Assembly: GCA_030141605.1 (NCBI GenBank)
Contig: JAQGDQ010000131.1
Span: 124,001 to 188,000, forward strand
DNA length: 64,000 nucleotides
Source of the DNA: Tubiluchus corallicola
Taxonomy: Eukaryota; Animalia; Priapulida
Direction: 5' to 3'
The notes under the pieces: generated by a model
Seen by the model: only the letters and a program-made list of their open reading frames with translations
What the model was told of the DNA's origin: nothing
The model's database searches: none
Shown: positions 60,313 through 64,000 of the stretch, piece after piece
Numbering within the stretch: the first letter of the stretch is position 1
How the letters are laid out: the number at the start of each line of letters is the position of its first letter
Position numbers and translations under genes: made by a program

Positions 60313-60364
60313 ACAACAGCAACAGCAACAGCGACAATAACAACAACAACAACAACAACAACAG
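60313..60364 (+). repeat. (AAC/AGC)n microsatellite
   Basis: Directly visible. Confidence 0.85.
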
Positions 60365-61735
60365 AAGCCTCAGCAGTAACAGAAGGATCAATAGTCGTAG
60401 GTCCAGCAAAATAAAACATTTATAGAATTTTTAAAAATGTCTAAAACATGAAGTTATTTGGCGTTTTCTAAGGCATGCAGCGCAATCGCCAATATAGGTT
60501 TTGGGATTTACTTGGTGTTAATGGAGTTATGGGTTTATCTTTTATAGATTTTACGTAACTGTTTCACGCATCTCGAAGAAAATTTGCTAAATATTTGCAG
60601 TAAAACGACATAGAGTAGAAAATAACCGTTTAATTGCAAAGAACTGGCGTATAGCTAACAGACGCAGCTAACAATAACTCTGGGTATAAATTTTGTTGCG
60701 GAGCCCTTCCCTGGGAACCGCCAAGGGGTCGAGGGACGCGAAGACGGCCGAGCAGTCAGCCTTCGTTTGACCGCGTTGCATCCTACTAGGAAGGAGTGCA
60801 CTAGAAAGAAAAACAAAAGATAATTAATTTCGACGTAAAAGTTTGATTTCCATTACAAAAGTTTGATGATGTAATGGTTATGATTTGGCATAGCCCGTAG
60901 CAGCAGATGATTGATTGCAATTTGTCTAATAGTCCGATCAAGCTAACTATGGTTATCAAGACGTACTCTAGGCAATTTAATGCAACTAGTAATCTGTAGC
61001 AACAATAGCATAGAAATTTATAGACAATTCGCATAGTATGGGTATTATAAGTTGCACGAGTTCTAGGCCTATTCAACATCTAATTTATCCGCGGAGGGTG
61101 AATTTAAACCACAAAAGCTCAATTACATTACAATTGCTGCTGAAACTCTGTAGCAGAGACCGAATTTGAATTTGCAGATTTTGTCAAGCGTTGCTAATTA
61201 GCAATTACAATCAACAAGCCATCTGAGACTGCACTTGCGGCTATATCAACTATTACAATTGTTTGATTATTAATATGTAGACTTTTATGCAGTCTTGTAC
61301 AAATGAAATTACTGCCCAGAACTAATGCCTAAAAGGATTTTGCTGCTTTAACACAGATAACTATTTTGGTCCCAGATTCATTAAGAGTTTATTCTTGATG
61401 CGGCTTGTGTAATGTATTTAATCTCGAACGGAAATGAAAGACGCAAGAATACTTAGATTTATTCCTTGTCAACAAAGCAATTCTTAAAGCGGATGCTTTA
61501 TCGTTTCGTCAGTTAAAACTGACTTAGCACACAGAGAAAAGAGAAGAGAATAAACAAAGGTGGAGAAATAGAAATTGGGAGCGCAAAAGGACGAGTGAGT
61601 GTGCAAAAGAAATACAAAAAACAGGCAGAGAATTAGAGAAGACTGGAAAATCGAACAGAAGGGTAGTGCTTGTGCAAAATAGAAAAATGCTGAGACAAGG
61701 AAGAAAGAGAATTCTAAAGAAAGAAAAAGAAAGAG

Positions 61736-61975
<240 letters not shown>

Positions 61976-64000
61976 CTGTGTTTTTCTCATCATCCACGTT
62001 TCAGTGTTCATGTGGTCTTGCACTTCACAGCAGGCAAAAACTAGTGCTTCCTGGCAATAAGAGCGATCCGGAAGGAAAGCTAAGTAATGACGCATTGCTT
62101 GTGCGTAAGAGAGATGACTATTGCAGCTAATGCATGTGGATGGCACAAAATGCCACCGGGATACGTGATTTGACGTACAAGAAACAATATGGCGAAAACT
62201 CGGCTCTTGAACAATCCTAAAATGGCTCTCAGTCGTACAGTAATTCTAGGCTTTACCAGTCGTTCTTAAGATTTTGCCTCACCTTGAAACTAACAGATTT
62301 TTACCAGCCGAGTTATTGACGAGTTATTGTTACAGAGTCAAGCACTGTTCAGGTCCGTAGCAAAAGACCTTACCCAGCGTTAATGTGGTTACTAAGCAAT
62401 GAAAAGCGTCTTCGTTTCTGTAAATTACGTAAAAGGAAAATTGCCTAGGTCGATATTGTTTTATCGTTTCACTAAGTAATGCTTGTCAATAAAATGCGTA
62501 ATAATGTGGACGGAATTTTTCTAGACAAAATTATAGAAATAGTGAAAAGTGGCTAGATAGCACAGAGTAGGTAAAATGGACCAATTTAATATTTAAAATT
62601 GATAAACCAATTAAAGATTCAATATAGAAGCACTTATACAATAATAATGATGTAATAAAGCTCATTATTTTATATGCTATATATAACAACCGAACTGTGC
62701 ATGTTAAAAATGCACATTCAAAAAACAACTGTTGTTATCTATGGTGTTAATGAACGTGATAACAAACAATGTAAGGGGCTTACAGATAACTATTCAGGTT
62801 AAAAAGTGTTAATATATAAAACATTACTTGCAATACCATATACACACAATTACAAATTTAGCACTATGTACAACTTAAAAATTTTAAGGTCTTACTGATA
62901 TAATTTACACAAGAACGTTATTGCAACCTATTGTTAATGTTTGAGGACTGTTCGCGAATTCTTTTTTTCTTTAGTAATACGAGCATATTTGTAATTCTAG
63001 TGCGCGAATGCCGCCTGGTTATAATTATAATAGTTTTTTATAATCCTTAATTTGTACAGGTTGTTTTTTACAAGTTAAAATATTATCTTTTAGCTGTTTA
63101 GATCGACGTAAAACTATCCAAGTAATACGTCTGTTTTAGAAAACTGCGCCAAAAATCGTATAGTAAACTATTAAGACTTTTCTCTTTTTGTTCACTTTGA
63201 TACAATATTTGTTTTAAAACTGACTACGAATGTGATTTTTAAAAAGCAAAAAAGACTACCCTTATCCCTACAGTTCCCTACAGACAGTCCTTTTCCCTGC
63301 AGCTGTCGTTTCTTAACGCAAAAGAAGTTTGCCAGTCAAATTACTAGAAAATAACTACAAACTGTTGTTTTTATTACAAATATTTACTTAAACTATATGT
63401 TGCGGTTGAAGCAAAATTTAAAAAAATAAAAGAAAAGAAAAAAGTGAGAGCACTGATCCACAGCGCGCAACACCAAGGTTTAATATTGCGCGAATATTTT
63501 ATGTAGTGTCAGGCAAAGAAGGAGGTTACGGACAGATCAAATATAGATGAAAGGCAAAGCATTTCCTCTACTTTTGCAAAAAAATCTTGAACATCTGCTT
63601 TGCCTATTTGTAATATTTAACCGTGCATGCAGGGAAAGCGAGCGTAAAGCTTATATGCATAAATACACATGGGAGAAATTGATTTTCATAATCAATTTGA
63701 TTGTGCGTTAAATGTGCAAACATTTTACGTCTTCGTTTTCACAGACTGCAAGTTTCGTTTAGTAAAGTCAAAATGTGGGTATATCATACTTTTGAATGCC
63801 GCACGTTCCTGCGCATGTGCCGCATTTAAATTTTTTGGATTATGTAACCGACAGGAGACAAATGCGACTTTTTTCTTCCTTTTTGTTTTCTCCTTTCATC
63901 GTTTCATCTTTTGTTCCACCTCTCTGTTTTTCTTCTATTTTTTCCTTTTCTTCTTTTCCCTTCCTCTCGTTCTCTTCGTTCCTTTAATTCATTTATTTTT

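Overview
AT-rich, intron-rich animal (probably invertebrate) genomic DNA, not prokaryotic, so the six-frame ORF track mostly shows exon fragments and spurious ORFs. Manual splicing at GT-AG sites gave five complete multi-exon genes: TPI (-, 7 exons, 249 aa), an uncharacterised 370-aa acidic protein (+, 3 coding exons, head-to-head with TPI), a CaMKIV-like kinase (+, 11 exons, 362 aa), RGP1 (-, 8 exons, 394 aa) and an ACP7/PAPL purple acid phosphatase (-, 12 exons, 438 aa). There are also two tandem intronless ORFs 110 nt apart, a 103-aa acidic protein and a 316-aa UBE2Q-family E2, which may share one bicistronic transcript. Introns and intergenic DNA hold hAT, Tc1/mariner, Tigger and Harbinger-type non-autonomous elements, decayed LINE fragments, tRNA-derived repeats, a degenerate minimal hammerhead motif, microsatellites and a 319-nt assembly gap. 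The last ~9 kb has no supportable gene. The leading candidates for follow-up are the possible bicistronic locus, AKAP-like helices in the orphan protein, and Glu at the near-invariant TPI Gln65. All family assignments come from motif recognition by eye; no database search was run.
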